DNA from: Carcharhinus longimanus
Lineage: Eukaryota
Reading direction: 5' to 3'
Assembly: GCA_030264375.1 (NCBI GenBank)
Contig: JASCQW010000081.1
Span: forward strand, 31,530,377 to 31,594,376
DNA length: 64,000 nt
The notes beneath the pieces are model-generated. The model worked only from the letters and a program-made list of their open reading frames with translations, had not been told where the DNA came from and ran no database searches. Each line of letters opens with the position of its first letter. Within the stretch, counting starts at the first letter, position 1. The position numbers and the translations under genes were made by a program. Below are positions 1 to 12,728 of the stretch, piece by piece.

Positions 1-141
1 GGGTCTTTTAAGAGACTTCTGGATGAGTACATGGGACTTAATAGGATTGAGGGTTATAGGTAAGCCTAGTAGGTAGCAATATGATCGGCTCAACTTGTGG
101 GCCGAAGGGCCTGTTTGTGCTGTAGTTTTTCTATGTTCTAT
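1..141 (+). mobile_element. CR1 (HER1-like) LINE 3' end
   Basis: gggccgaagggcctgtttgtgctgta...ttctatgttctat tail. Confidence 0.8.
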
Positions 142-675
142 ATCCTTTGTCTAAGTTAAAGTGGAGAGGTGGAAGCCACTTGATCCCTCAAGCTGCTTGA
201 GCCTGCAATATTGTCTTGCAAGGCTGCCAAGCAGACTGCCATTTTCCATCGAGTAAACTGTAGCTCAGGAAAAGGGCTCTGGGTAAGTTTGAGTACCTTG
301 TTCCCCATCTACATTTTTTCTATTGGAACTCCAGCTCTTTTGCTCCAGCGCCTACAAGACCAATTCATTTACATGTCACTTTCTTTGGAAAAGCGAACTA
401 TTCAGCATGAGTTTTCAACTTGCTGACTCTGTGAAAGAATATGCCATTGGACTTTGATTTTAAACTCTGGAGTCACATGAAGCAATGTTTTATTTTGCCT
501 GTGGCCTTTGCCACAGTCTGCTGGTGTCTGTCTTTTCTCTATCTCACCTTTATTGTATGAATGAAAAGGAGGCAATGTTGCTACCCTCCTCTTGTTACAG
601 ATGGGGTTCCCTGAAAGTTATTGGTCTGGGTGAGACCCTTTTGATTTATCACGTCTGCCTGGGATACCCCAAAAT

Positions 676-1655
676 TGTTACAAACACAGGTGAGGCAGGA
701 TGATGGGCCCCATACCCTTATTCAACATTCCTTCTGCTGGTGGCAACAAACTTTTAATCTAGCAAGGTCTCCTTTCCCCTGGATACATTTTCCAGACCAA
801 TAGTTATGTTTAAAAAGGAGGCAATTTAACCAGGTTTAACCTTGACTTAAGATGGAGTAAGTTTAGCAACTCCTAAAAGGGTAAGGAGAAATATATGCAT
901 TTACATTCATATAAGAAGTAAAAATTGAGTCCAATAGTTAGTAAATGTAACTAAAATGTTATATGCAATAGCCCTTGAGTTGCAAAGAGTAGGTGATAAG
1001 TGTTGTGGCCATTATGGGTTGATTCCATTATAGTTGACTTCTGCTGGCAAATACTTTATTCAGTTGTTCTGTGGTTTGGTAGAGAGCTCTCAATGAACTG
1101 CGATCTTTTGCTGGCTGGTTGACTTACATAGACAGAGAGAGTTTCAAGATATCCCTGCAAAAGGTTGTTGTTTTTGCAGGGTTCCTGCTCTATCACTCAC
1201 GTTTAGTGTGGAAAACATCCAGTTACTTATCCTCACAGCGCACAAACACACACCGATGGACACACCAGCAAGCTGGTGGTAAGTAGGCTTTTAACTATGT
1301 ATATTTCAAGAGGACCAGAATATACTAATCTCATCCAGGCAATTATACCCAGGATCTTCGAGATGGAATGGCAGTTATGTTCTTTTGTCCTTACCTGGGG
1401 TGATAATCAGTCTTTGAATGCTTTTCAAAGCACATTGTCTGGAAACATGGGGAGGGGTGAGCTACTTTGTCCCCCAGAGAAACATGCTGCAGACATTCCT
1501 GTCAGTGGCACATTCTCAACCAGCCTTAGGGTTTGTGTCCGTTTTAAAATATAAAACTCAGGTGTTTTTAAAATCGAATGTTTCTGTGTCTAATTCCATG
1601 CTTTCTTCTCCATCATCATGTCAAAGGAGGGCATTAAATTCTGCCCGTAATCAGA
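676..1655. mobile_element. Putative LTR-derived sequence
   Basis: Begins TGTTAC and resembles shark LTR-like repeats; ends and TSD not resolved. Confidence 0.3.
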
Positions 1656-2049
1656 CATAATGAGGGTGAAGTGCTGAAGAATTGATCTGAGCCTCTTGGA
1701 TATGGAATGCAACAAAAATCTTCAGGGAAAAAGAATACATTCGCAAAAGCTATTTTAGATTTCAAGAATCGCCTGTGTACTGCCCAAAAGAAGGGTGAAT
1801 GTTTAATCTGCATGGTGCTAAGTCAGTGTTCAAATGAATGACAATTGAGGTTTTGTTCATTTCTTCACTGTTAGCACTAGACAGGCTAACCATTTACTTC
1901 TGTTCCACTTTGCAGTAAGTTCCAAAGCACAATTAGCAGTTTCCAATTGGTTTGAGAGGAAAAGTCCACATAGAATTCTTAACCAAACCACCCATTGTAA
2001 CCACACAAACATTTTCACTGGCAATGTGACATGCAATCAAAGTACACTC

Positions 2050-2330
2050 TCAATACCTGATAGCTGCTGCCTCAGCTCCAGACTTGACTATTGTAATGTT
2101 CTCCTGGCAGCCAGCCTGGCTGGCCTCTGATCCACCACTTTCCATCAACTTCAGCATGTTGAAAATTCTACTGCCCACATCCAATTCCAAGTAAAGTCTC
2201 ACTCGCCCACTGTTCCTATCCTTTCTGACCTACATCAGTTCCTAGTTCCTTCAACAACCCAGGTTTAAAATCCTCAGTCTTGTGCTTAAATTTCTCCACA
2301 GCCTCACCCCTTCCTGGCGTTTTAACTTCC
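2050..2330 (+). mobile_element. L2 LINE fragment (degenerate RT C-terminal region)
   Basis: ctccagacttgactattgtaatgttctcctggc (SRLDYCN-L motif) and ...tttaaaatcctc. Confidence 0.6.
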
Positions 2331-2409
2331 TGCATCACAACCCTCCCACCCCAAACTTTCCCTTTCCCTGGCGTGAGTCTCTTGAGAGGCTCTTCACACC
2401 TTTACATGT

Positions 2410-2522
2410 GCAGTACCCTATCCTTTTCTCCTATGAATGGTAGGTTTTGTCTGTATAGCACACAGGGAACAATACTTTTCTCTGTATCCCAGTACATGTG
2501 ACAAAAATAAATCAAATCAAAA
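2410..2522 (+). mobile_element. Rex/Babar LINE 3' tail
   Basis: Reverse complement of the tail seen at 15095-15200; ends aataaatcaaatcaaaa. Confidence 0.6.
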
Positions 2523-3499
2523 TAGCAATGTCCACATCCAATTAATGAATGGCAAAAAAGAAAGGAGGCGAATAATTAGGGGGCAGACCAAGAGATGGAA
2601 GGTAGGGCTGGATCAGACAAGTTGGCACAGATATGAGGGGCCAAACTACTCCTTCAGTGCCATCAGTTTTTTTTTGAATCTGTGATTGCTGTAATTTTAT
2701 AAACAATGATATCCAGCTTTTACACTTGAAACCAAATGGCAAAAGAGTTTCATTTTAAACTTTTCATTTTAAGTCCTGCAGAATCCCTTATTGTTTGAAT
2801 ATAAAAGCAATCACTTATATGTATTTAATCTCACACAAGAAAAGGGACCAAACATCTTTGAAAATATCTTTTTGTGGAAACACTCATACACTGAGTTTCC
2901 ACGTGCAACAAAAATGATCAAGGGGCTAATGATTGTATGAACTGGTCTTACTTTAGTCAGAACCTGATGGTTCCTTCAGATAATAGTTGTGCTTACTTAC
3001 TCATTCCAATAGCCAGCATTTCACAACCTGATGCTAAACTATTATCTGGAAACAAGAAAACTCTGAAGCTTTTACATTTTTATATATATTAATTGAAGGC
3101 ATCTGTTGAAACATCATTTCATGGTAACATTTATAACAAAAACCAATGACCTGAGATTATAGAAAAATCAGAAGCATATGTTAGAACAAAAGCATCATTC
3201 TATACTTGCAGTTAAAGAAATTCTCACAACCAATGCCCTGCTAATAAATCAAAAATCCTTTTGTTTTTTGGTTTTCCCTGTCAGTTTTTTTTTGAGTTGA
3301 CAAAAGATTAACAATTTGTAATTGCTGATGACATCAATGGGGAATGTGGCTGGGTCCAGGAGTGCAGGCATGTTTAGTTATATTATGTTGTACCCCTGTA
3401 ATGTCCGCACACATCTAGTTTCCAAGACTATCAAGCTTGTGTTGCATTTATAGTGTACGGTTTCTGGTGTCATAGTATCAACAGCTGGAACATCAAAAA

Positions 3500-3910
3500 T
3501 TGAGATGTTCACCAATGACTGTACTGTACACAGTTCCAATCTTAACTCCTCAGATAATGAAAAATCTGTTCCCACATGCAATAGGATACGTGGCGAGAAA
3601 CAATTACGTCACTCAAGTGCCAGGCAATGACTCTGCAAGATTCGAACCACAGCCCTTTGATTTTCGAAGGCATTATCATTGTCGAATTTCCCACCATCCA
3701 TGGCATCACCATTGACCAGAGATTTAACAGATCAACCACATAAATACTGTGGCTACAAGAGAAACTGGGTATTGACTTATCGCTTGATCTCCCCAAAGTC
3801 TTTCCACCACTTACAAGGCACAAAATTTTGGAATAATCTCCACTTTTCTGCAAGAATGCAGGTCTAGCAACACTTAAGAAGCTCGGCAACATTCAGGACA
3901 AAGCAAGTTA
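3500..3910 (+). mobile_element. CR1/L2-group LINE RT fragment
   Basis: Same family as 6165-7170 (caagtgccaggcaatgac; aagaagctcggcaacattcaggacaaagca). Confidence 0.6.
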
Positions 3911-4467
3911 TCTGAAAAGTATCAGTCTGGAGGGTTATGGGGAGAATGCAGGAGAATGGCACTTGGTGAAACGCTCATTTGGACAGCAGGTGCAAACATG
4001 ATGGGATGAATGTTCTCCTGCACTGTAACAATTCTGGGATCTGTGAACAGCAAACCAGCAATTCAAACGGAAACATTATTCGGCATCATAAAGGATAGCA
4101 CTGGCCAAAATCTCAATACAGCTCACAAAGCAAAGTTTAAAAATTGCTGTCAGATGTGACTGTGTCATTTGCTTGCGCAATTGGTGATTGTTCACACATG
4201 AGCATGGGAGAGTAACTATTATGTTGCCTGCCCTGGTTTGATCATTGGATTTCTGCTGACACTGCTGTGAAGTTCTGGAGCTGAGTGATTTGGTATTGTT
4301 TGATTATGTGAATGTCACAGTTAAACTCAGTCCTCTCCGTCACCAAATAAATATATGTGTACACCAGGTGGAGCAATTGTAAACGGTATACCTGGCTTAT
4401 TATCCTCCTTAATTGAAGGCGAATATTCTTTTATGGGGCATTAGCAAAAAAACACACACAAATGTCT

Positions 4468-4572
4468 GAAGCAAAATACTGCAGATGCTGGAAATCTGAA
4501 ATGCTGAAAATATCCTGCAGGTCCAGCAGAGAAACAAAGGTAATGTTTCAGGTCGATGATCTATCACAGAAC
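4468..4572 (-). mobile_element. PLE terminal-repeat fragment with degenerate hammerhead core
   Basis: aagcaaaatactgcagatgctggaaatctgaa...tttcaggtcgatga; minus strand reads ...gacctgaaac. Confidence 0.55.
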
Positions 4573-4829
4573 TCAGTATCAAATATTCACATTTAAGTCA
4601 TGTTATAATCTAGAAAGCTAGAAGAAGAATAGAACCTTAGAACCATATAAAATTACAGCACAGAAACAGGCCTTTTGGCCCTTCTTGGCTATGCTGAACT
4701 GTAGCACTGGAACCAAGTTTTACACAATTGTACATTTACTTAGAGTCTTTTACTTTCCAGAGTTAAACATTACAAGCATACAATTCCAAACTGAAACAAT
4801 TTCAATATCTCTTTGCACTATTTTTAGTT

Positions 4830-6050
4830 AATCTAATTCAGATAAATTAAACAAATTCTTTATATGGCTCAAGTGAAAGTCGAAGTGATGCCCACCACTT
4901 GCACATAATGAAACAACTGACGATCAAGGGCAAAGTTCCCAATGTTATCAGATATCTTGCAGGTTTCCTGCAAATTTTCTCTGAATGTTTGATGAGATGC
5001 TCCAGGGTCCGATTAGGAAGTCTGCAGTTGTGTGATGGGGATGGTTTAATCCCCCAACAATGGAGAAGATGACAGCATCTACCATGACTAATTCTGAGGT
5101 GGTCGATGGCTGCCCATTGTTTTTGAGGAAACATTGATTCTTCAAGTTGTAATATTGGGTCCATTTCATATATCACAGTTCTTACAAAATTTGTACCAAG
5201 GTCGTCAAGGCTAAAGATCGCTAATGGGTTTCAAAGGCAGTCCAAAATGGCCCTCTAGATTTGAGACAGATTGTTGAATAGTTGGTCAGGTCACTCAGAA
5301 TCACATGTCTTCGATGATGTAATGATTGTATTCTCTGAAGACAGCATATTCACGGCATGGGTGAAGTGTTATGGTGTTTGCAAGCACAGGCAGTAAGGTG
5401 TTGGTGTTGATAACAATGTATCAGTGAAATTTTCATGATAGAATTCAGTTGAACATCAACATATTTAACATGAGGTTTTGATAGCCACGCAGGAGGTCAG
5501 TACTCCACTGTAGAGAACACCAGGCTGAGTGCTGCATCTGCTCCCCATGTGAACCTGGCAAGGAGCCAGATCAGGTTGACCTTACTCTTCAGTTTCTTAA
5601 TGAGGTTATGGAGATACTGTTGGTACAACCTGCCTTGAAAAGTCTGACTCATAAATAGGAGGGGCTTTTGGGAAGCTTGCAAAAGGAAATTTTCAGGACT
5701 TGGTTTGCTTAATGGCTGCTGAGTTGGAATATCAACTAACAGTCTTGTGTGCAAGTTTGGCAGTGGTGGAAATATGTAATCATCCTCAATACAGCACTCA
5801 GAGGCAGACTGATTTTTGTTTTACATAGCCAAGGACACAGCATATGCAAATTTGCAGGGTTCTGCTTCTCGTAGACTATTGGTATAAACATTGATTAACA
5901 TGGACACCATGAGAAAAACATGCAGAAGACAATTTTTGGTGCTCCAAGCATGCTCTTCTGAGTGTCAATGTGTCAATGGAAGCAACAGTAAGTATAAAGT
6001 TAAGAAGATGAATCATTGTGTTGAAAGGTAGAATGTTACAAACTCTGTCA
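4830..6050 (-). mobile_element. Degenerate I-group (Ingi/Vingi-like) LINE RT C-terminus
   Basis: Minus-strand ORF pieces LLARFTWGADAALSLVFSTVEY and QWAAIDHLRISHGRCCHLLHCWGIKPSPSHNC...TLEHLIKH (decayed CCHC region). Confidence 0.65.
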
Positions 6051-6164
6051 TGACTTCCTTGACTTTGGAAAATGGAAGAATGAACAAACTGTTATGGTTT
6101 GGTTGTAAACTGTTGGTTTGAATCATACTTAATGAAAGATCGTTGTGATTATTGGATTATTGGA

Positions 6165-7170
6165 AACCAATTATTTCAGCCCTGGGACATTACTGCAGGA
6201 TTTCTTCAAGATAGGCCCAAAAATCTTCAGCTACTTGATCAATAACCTTCTTTCCATCATAAGGTCAGAAATGGGGATGTTCACTGATGACATTGTGCAC
6301 AATGTTCAGCACTATTTGTGACTCTTCTTACACTGATGTAGCCCATATGTGAATGCAGCATAACCCAGACAATATCCAGGCTTGGACTGAAAAGTAGCAG
6401 GTAACATGCACATCACACAAGTGCCAGGCAAAGACCATCTCCAAAAAGAGAGACTCTAACCATCACCCCTTGACATTCAATGGCTTTACCATTGCTGAAT
6501 CCCCCACTATCAACATCATGCAGACTACCATTGTCCAAAAATGAACTAGAATTGCCATTTAATTGCTTTGATTACAAAAGCAGGTCAGAGTCTAGACTCA
6601 GGCCCATCTCTAGATTCCCCAAAGATCCCACCATCTATAAGGCATGAATCAGGAGATGGAATACTCTCAACTTGACTGGATGAGTGCAGTTTCAACAGCA
6701 CTCAAGAAGTTTGACACCATCCAGGACAAAGCAACCTGCTTGACTGGCACCCAGTCTACCACCTTGAACATCCACTGCCACCACCACCGACACAAAATGG
6801 CAGCAATGTGTACCATCTTCACAATGCACTGCAGCATTCATCACGGTTCCATTGACAGCAAATTCTGAACTCTGACCACTAATACCTAGAAGGGCAAAAG
6901 AAGCAGATGAATGGGAACACCATCACCTGAAGGACCCCCCAAGCCACTCACTATCCTGACTTGAAAATATATCACAATTTCTTCACTGTCGCTATGTCAA
7001 AATCCTCAAACTCCCTCTCATACAGCATTGTGCGTGTACCTACACTTCATAGACTGCAACCATTCAAGAAGGTAGCTTACCATCACCTTCTCAAGGGCAA
7101 TTAGGAATGGTCAACAAATGTCGACCTGGTCAACGATACCCATGACCATGAAATAAATGAAAATAAAAAC
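6165..7170 (+). mobile_element. CR1/L2-group LINE, RT through 3' UTR
   Basis: gggatgttcactgatgac (FADD-like), LKKFDTIQDKATCL peptide, and tail cttctcaagggcaattaggaatgg...aataaatgaaaataaaa. Confidence 0.75.
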
Positions 7171-7221
7171 ATTCAAAGGGGATTTACCATAAATATTAAA
7201 TAAACAATAACAAAAGATATT

Positions 7222-7345
7222 GGGCTGGATTTTGCAGTCCCACCAGCAGTGGGAAATGCCTGTCCAAAGTCAACAGGCTTTCAACTGTTCTCCAAATTTT
7301 CTAATCCCACTGAATCATGGCGGGCAGGACAGGAAAATCCCAGCC
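7222..7345. mobile_element. Harbinger-like MITE
   Basis: Termini GGGCTGGATTTT / AAAATCCCAGCC are imperfect inverted repeats, flanked by ATT on both sides (7219-7221, 7346-7348). Confidence 0.6.
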
Positions 7346-7469
7346 ATTACACAAGATTTCAGTAAAATACAAAAAAGATGAACAAACGCTTGACCAATTC
7401 TTTTCAGTAATTAGAATTGAGAGCGTATCATACTTTATGTGTAGGAGTTACACTCACAGGACTCATTTA

Positions 7470-7992
7470 ATGGCTGTGGCAGTGATCCCAATGGAATTAA
7501 ATGCTCATCAGGCAGCCTATTTCCTGCAATCTTGGTTTCTGGCCCTTTGAAGACAAGACCCTCCCTTCAAGAGCTGTTGGCCACTCAGAGTGATGGGAGT
7601 GGAAGCCATTGCAGGGACTGCAGCAGGCCCAGCAATAGGAGCTTTGCTGGAGGCCTGAGGTTAGTGGGACAGCCATGCTACGGCCAATCAGGAAGGCCTT
7701 GGCAAGGTTGTAGTTGAGGGTGGTGGAGGGGAGAAGGTTGATGTGGGCGGGGGTGTGTGTGTGCATCCTGTGGGTTGTCATATCAGGATGGACCCCCTGA
7801 ACTCACAGTCAGGCCTCCAGAGGGGGTGGGCCACCTAACTGGCCACTTATGGGCCTCAATTGTTATAAAGGTGGGAAGGCTGAACTTGACCTTTCCTGGC
7901 TGTGATATATACACTCCTAATTCCACACTTTCCCACCCAATTGTATGGATCCCTGCCTCCCCAGCATGTTTTGGGGGGAATTAAATTCCACC
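7470..7992. mobile_element. Degenerate Harbinger-like non-autonomous element
   Basis: GC-rich, ends ...aattaaattccacc; resembles shark Harbinger-derived MITEs. Confidence 0.4.
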
Positions 7993-9564
7993 ATTCATCC
8001 TGAATTCCATATGGCAAGTCGAGCTGGATTTGTGGATTCCCACTGCTCCAACATCACCAACTGATAGACAGCTCCACAGTTCACTTTCTCAAGAACGAAA
8101 CACTAATTCAGTCATTTAACCTGGATGGAAAGCAGCAGAGGTCCTCAGCACGGGGTTACCACAACTCCCATCCCTGATCCTGGGTGTAGTGCTGCAAATG
8201 GCTGAAGTAACTCCTCTGCATTGTTGAATTGAGTGCTACCCACTGCTCTCCTCATTGGAACTGCATGTGGCAATACAGAATGGAGCATCACATGTTGAGG
8301 GATCGACAAGCAGACCCTGGCATCAGGGTGCATCAGCATCGGCTGCCTGATGATGCATTAGCACATCTGGAATGACAGGTATCCATGTATCGCTGGCATT
8401 GCCCTTCACATCTCATGAAAGATGATGAATTTTGAAGGAGGCATCCATGAACCCACATTGTATGCCACAGGAAATGCCAGTAGCATTTGTGTTCAGCTGA
8501 TCTTTGTGTGGAAACTCACTGTATTCGTCCTCCTGGAAAGGGGCCCACAACACTGGTGTTGAAGTGTCCAACATTTGCACATTAGTGCCTGCAGAGGAGG
8601 GGTCCTTGAACTGCAAGGCGTGTGGGGTGGTCAGATGGCTGTGGATGGTGAGACTGGAGTCACAAGTGAAGATGGTGAAGAAGTTTCAAGCTGACGTGTC
8701 TATCCCTGGACAGGCTACTTGCAGCAGGCATGGTGGGAGGAGAAAGTATGACGACTTTACTCCTGATTGGTGTTCTCTTATGCACGCTTGCATACATGGA
8801 AAGGTGGATTGCCGCGGAAACCAGAGCTCTGCAGTCCACATCATTCTTATGCACCCTCCACCACAGCAGATACGCCCATATCGGTGGGTAAACATTTACA
8901 ATTAGACTCAGGGTTTCAAGCTGGTGAACATAGCACAGAAGTATCCAAGTATCTGACAGAGGCTGGCCAGCCAAGGCCATTGACAGTCAGAGGACTGTTG
9001 GTAGCCATTGACAGGATTTGCTGCAGGGTGTTTCACGAAGGGACAATGGAACCCTTCCCTGTTTCCAGACAAAGCACTTCAAAAAGCATTTAGAGACAGA
9101 GTACTATCTCCGATAAAGACAAAGGGACATAATGGCCGTTTTGTCTCAAAGCATTTGGTGTGTAATTTCTAGACTGACTTGAGGATTTGGCATCCTTTTG
9201 CAATGTACAAACTGTGGGTTAAAAGCCAGCGGAAGGGGCTGCATCGGGTCATTCTGTATGTGTTCTGTGAGGATAAGCAGCTGTGGATCTTGAATCTCTG
9301 TCTCTGTCTGAGGAAGTCAAGCCTGCCAGGAAAAGACTTACAGCTGGAAAAAAGAACTGGAGAATTTCTTCGCCAAACCACAGAACACTGGAATTGAAAA
9401 ACCAATTATTTGCTTACTGAAGTCAACTCTGCTGAAATCAAATCGTTATAGTGGCACATTTCACCATTCCTCCTCATGAGTCAAGGGCTGTCCTGTGTAC
9501 CTTATTAATTTATATTTACTTACTATAGGACCCTATTCTCACTTCTAACCTGTATAGTTTTCTT

Positions 9565-10112
9565 ATTCATTCATGAGTTGTGAGTGTCGCTGACTGGGCC
9601 AGCATTTATCACCTATCCCTGAGGGCGATTAAGAGTCAACCACATTACTGTGGACCTGGAGTCACATGTAGACCAGGCCAGGTAAGGGACGACAGATTTC
9701 CTTTCCTAAAGGCATTAGTGAAGCAGAGGGGTTTGTATGACAATCAACAAAGTCCAAAGATGTGCAGGTTAGGTGGAATAGACATGCTAAGTTGTCCCTT
9801 AATGTCACAAAATGTTCAGGTTAAGGGGATTAACCATGGTAAATGTGTGCTGTTACAGTGATAGGGAGGGGGTGGGTCTGGGTTAGATGCTCTTTCAGAC
9901 AGTCGGTGCAGACCTATGGACCAAATGGTCTCCTTTTGCACTCTAGTGATTTTATGATGATGGTTTCATGGTCATCATTAGACTTTTAGTTCCAGATTTT
10001 TATTGAATTCAAATTTCAGCATCAGCCACGTTGGGATACGAACCTGGATCCCCAGTAGTTACCCTGGGCCTTTGGATTACTAGTCCAGAGATAATACCAC
10101 AATGCTACTGTC
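9565..10112 (-). mobile_element. tRNA-derived SINE with a nested HE1 SINE 3' part (~9750-9960, +)
   Basis: Matches the SINE seen at 22325-22620 and 27250-27615; inner gtccaaagatgtgcaggttaggtgga... is HE1-like. Confidence 0.7.
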
Positions 10113-10144
10113 TCCCAAAGCTTGCAATGAGGGGGGCCGTAAAG

Positions 10145-10930
10145 TTCCGGCCAATGTTTCAGGTCTGTGACCATTCAATCAGCACTGGATAAAGTTAGAA
10201 ATGTAATGGATTGTGAGCAAAAGGTGGATTGGGACAAGGACAAAAAGAAGGTCCACGGTAGGGTGGCAAGCAGAAAAATGAGTCCATCAGTGCCAAAGGA
10301 AATGGGGATAGGGCACGAAAAAGAAAAAGAAACAGAAGATGTGCCTGGAGTACGTGTGCTGCTACCTGAAAGAAATCAAAAGCTAAATTCACGGTCTGAA
10401 ATTGTTGAACTGAATATTGAGTACAGAAGATTGTAAGATGCTTAGTTGAAAGATGAAATGTTCCTGGAGCAGGCCAGGGACACAGATGTCAGTGTGAGAT
10501 CAAGGTGGAGAATGAAAATGACCAGCCACCAGAAGCTCAGTATCATGCTTGTGGACAGAATGGAGGTTGCTTGGTGTAGCCAATGTGGAGAACCACATTG
10601 TGAGCAGCGAATATAGTAGACTAGATTGAAAGGAATACATATAAATCACTGCTTCACCTAGAAAGTGTGTTTCAGACCTTGGACATTGAAGAGAGGGGAG
10701 ATAAAAGGGCAGCTGTATCACCTCCTGCATTTGTATGGAAAAACGCAGTGGGAGGGGATGTGCTGTTTCCTTGTGGTTAGTTGGGAATAATGTGGGTTAC
10801 ATAATAATGAAGCAAACTTAAGTAAAAACAGGAAATCTTAAGTAAAAACCAAAAATGCTGGAAAAGATCGCAGCTGAGGCACCAAACCTGCTGAATACTT
10901 CTGATGTTTTTTGGTTTTGTTACATCTTCT
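10145..10930 (-). mobile_element. Penelope-like element, degenerate GIY-YIG endonuclease region plus terminal repeat
   Basis: Minus frames give ...NLVYYIRCSQCG... and LHSVHKHDTELLVAGHFHSPP; hammerhead-like ...ggtcacagacctgaaacatt on the minus strand at ~10150-10180. Confidence 0.7.
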
Positions 10931-11054
10931 GATGTGATACATGTGCATAAGCATAAAATGAAATTGATTTCCTACAGTTATGCAGGCATGTGCTTTACAT
11001 GCAGGTTGACAATTCTATCCAGGGTCTGAGGAAAACTCCTATATTTGGACCAGC

Positions 11055-11350
11055 ATTATGGCACAGTGGTTTGCACTGCTGCCTCACAGGGCCAGGGATC
11101 CGGGTTCAATTCCATCTTTGGGTGACTGGCTGTGTGGAGCTTACACTTTCTCCCTGTGTGTGTGGGCGTCCTTTCGGTGCTCCAGTTTCCTCCCACGGTC
11201 CACAGGTGTGCAGGTTAGGGGGATTAACCATGATAAAGGTTTGGGGTTATATGAAGGGGGTGGGAGAGAGATCGCGGGTACAACACTCTGTCAAAAATTT
11301 GATGCAGACTTGACAGCCTGAATGGGCTCTTCTGCATTGTAGGGACTCTA
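11055..11350 (+). mobile_element. HE1-type V-SINE
   Basis: tRNA-like head ggcacagtggtttgcactgctgcctcac...gggttcaattcc, V-domain, CR1-like tail. Confidence 0.85.
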
Positions 11351-11535
11351 CATGGTATATGGTTGAGCAGCTTCTTCCTACTGTTTTTCTTTTTGGAAAA
11401 TGGAGGCGTTAGAACGTGTTATTAATGAGTTATGATAACTGTCTTGGTTATCTTGTAGCACAGGATACAGGTTAAACTGCCGTTTGGAATTTGCAGCAAG
11501 AAGCCAATGCCACTGTGGGTCTTGGTGCAACCACT

Positions 11536-11572
11536 TCACCTGATGAAGGAGCAGTGCTCCGAAAGCTTGTGA
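11536..11572 (+). ncRNA. Minimal type I hammerhead ribozyme motif within a PLE terminal-repeat fragment (11532-11657)
   Basis: TCAC-CTGATGA-A-GGAGC agt GCTCC-GAAA-GCTT-GTGA: conserved core boxes, perfect stem II, stem I TCAC/GTGA, palindromic AGCT in place of stem III. Confidence 0.75.
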
Positions 11573-11779
11573 TTTCAAAATAAACCTGTTGGACTACAAC
11601 CTTGTGTCATGTGACCTTTGGTCTTGTCCACCCTAGTCCAACACTGGCATCTCCACAGTGGTGCTACCAGTGGCACAGAGGTGATCGAACAGGGTACTGC
11701 TTGAGTCTGGGTGCCAGCACAGAAGGGAAGGACCCTGCCTCACTGCATACTGCACCCCCCTTGCCATGTTGCACGATAT

Positions 11780-12480
11780 GATGGTGCAGATGCCGCGCGT
11801 GCGCAAATCAGTTGATTGTCCGCCCGTCCAGCCCCGCGCGCTCCCGCTTCCGCCCCCTGCGCGCTCCCGCGCCAGCGGTATTTCCGGCTGAAAGGTCAAG
11901 CGCGCCGACAACCGGAAATGAGTGACGTTAAAGGAGAATAAAACACAAACACAACAACAAACAACAACAATAAAAATAAAATACAATCTCACTGCCTCCC
12001 TTCCCCTTTCCTCCTCACGGCCATCCCGGGCCGGCGGTTGAAGCAGCACACGGTGTCTTTCCCAGTCGGGGTAGACTCAGTGCGGCCATGCTGAGGGAGA
12101 GAGAGGAGCGGCGGGACGCGGCTTCTCCTCAGCGGCAGCGGACAGCCGAGAGCCGGGGGCTGGTGTGGAGCCGGGCCTGGGCAGCAGGCCCAGTTTGAAC
12201 AGCAAGAGCAGTGAGTGAGTGACGGCTGCTCTCTCTCTCTCTCTCTGTCCCTCGGCCCTTTGCGTCCATTTGTTCGGCCCCTGGACTCGGTCAACATGCC
12301 CGGGTAGCTGCAGCTCGGCACCCGGGAAAGGAAGGCGGGCATCCTCTCTCCCCGCCTTTATCCGCAACCGTTTCCCTTTTATCTTCGCCTCGGCAAGAAA
12401 CAAAAAAAAAGTTCAACGTGGACCATCCATCCTTTTCAGGATGTTGTTTCTCCCTCAGTTGCGGTCTAGAGAATAGACTC
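11780..12480 (+). promoter_or_regulatory. CpG-island promoter / 5' UTR of the MAST gene
   Basis: The only strongly CpG-rich stretch in the window. NRF1 site GCGCGTGCGCA (11795-11805), GC boxes (~11820, ~11850), ETS sites ATTTCCGG (11880-11887) and ACCGGAAAT (11911-11919), CRE-like TGACGT (11923-11928). Confidence 0.8.
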
Positions 12481-12593
12481 CGCACTCTGTCTCATTTGGA
12501 GAGAAGATCTGACCGCTTGTATTTTTTATTATTATTTTGTTGTGTTATTTATTGCTTACACGTGTCTGTGTGTATTTGGGCATATGCTGAGCC

Positions 12594-12728
12594 ATGAAGA
12601 AATCTGGAACACACCTCAGGAGTAAAAAGAAAACCTCTAGGCAGCATGTGCGGGATGAACAAGCTGAGGGGAATAAAGTTAAAGCTGGGTTGGACCAGGG
12701 ACGCAAGAGCGAATCACAGAAAGAAAAG
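12594..12728 (+). CDS. MAST2: MAST-family kinase, putative first coding exon (MKKSGTHLRSKKK...SESQKEK, 45 aa, phase 0)
   Basis: gccATG Kozak context at the 3' edge of the CpG island; open frame to a strong AAG|gtgagt donor; phase 0 matches the exon at 41413. Human MAST2 also starts MKRS... with a low-complexity first exon. Homology of this exon itself is weak. Confidence 0.65.

Noticed and set aside
11055-11125. tRNA-like A/B boxes here and in other SINE heads
   Set aside because: They are SINE heads followed by V-domain and LINE-like tails, not cloverleaf tRNA genes.
11633-12485. Several 60-138 aa ORFs on both strands over the CpG island
   Set aside because: Expected in GC-rich, stop-poor sequence; low complexity and no recognisable homology.
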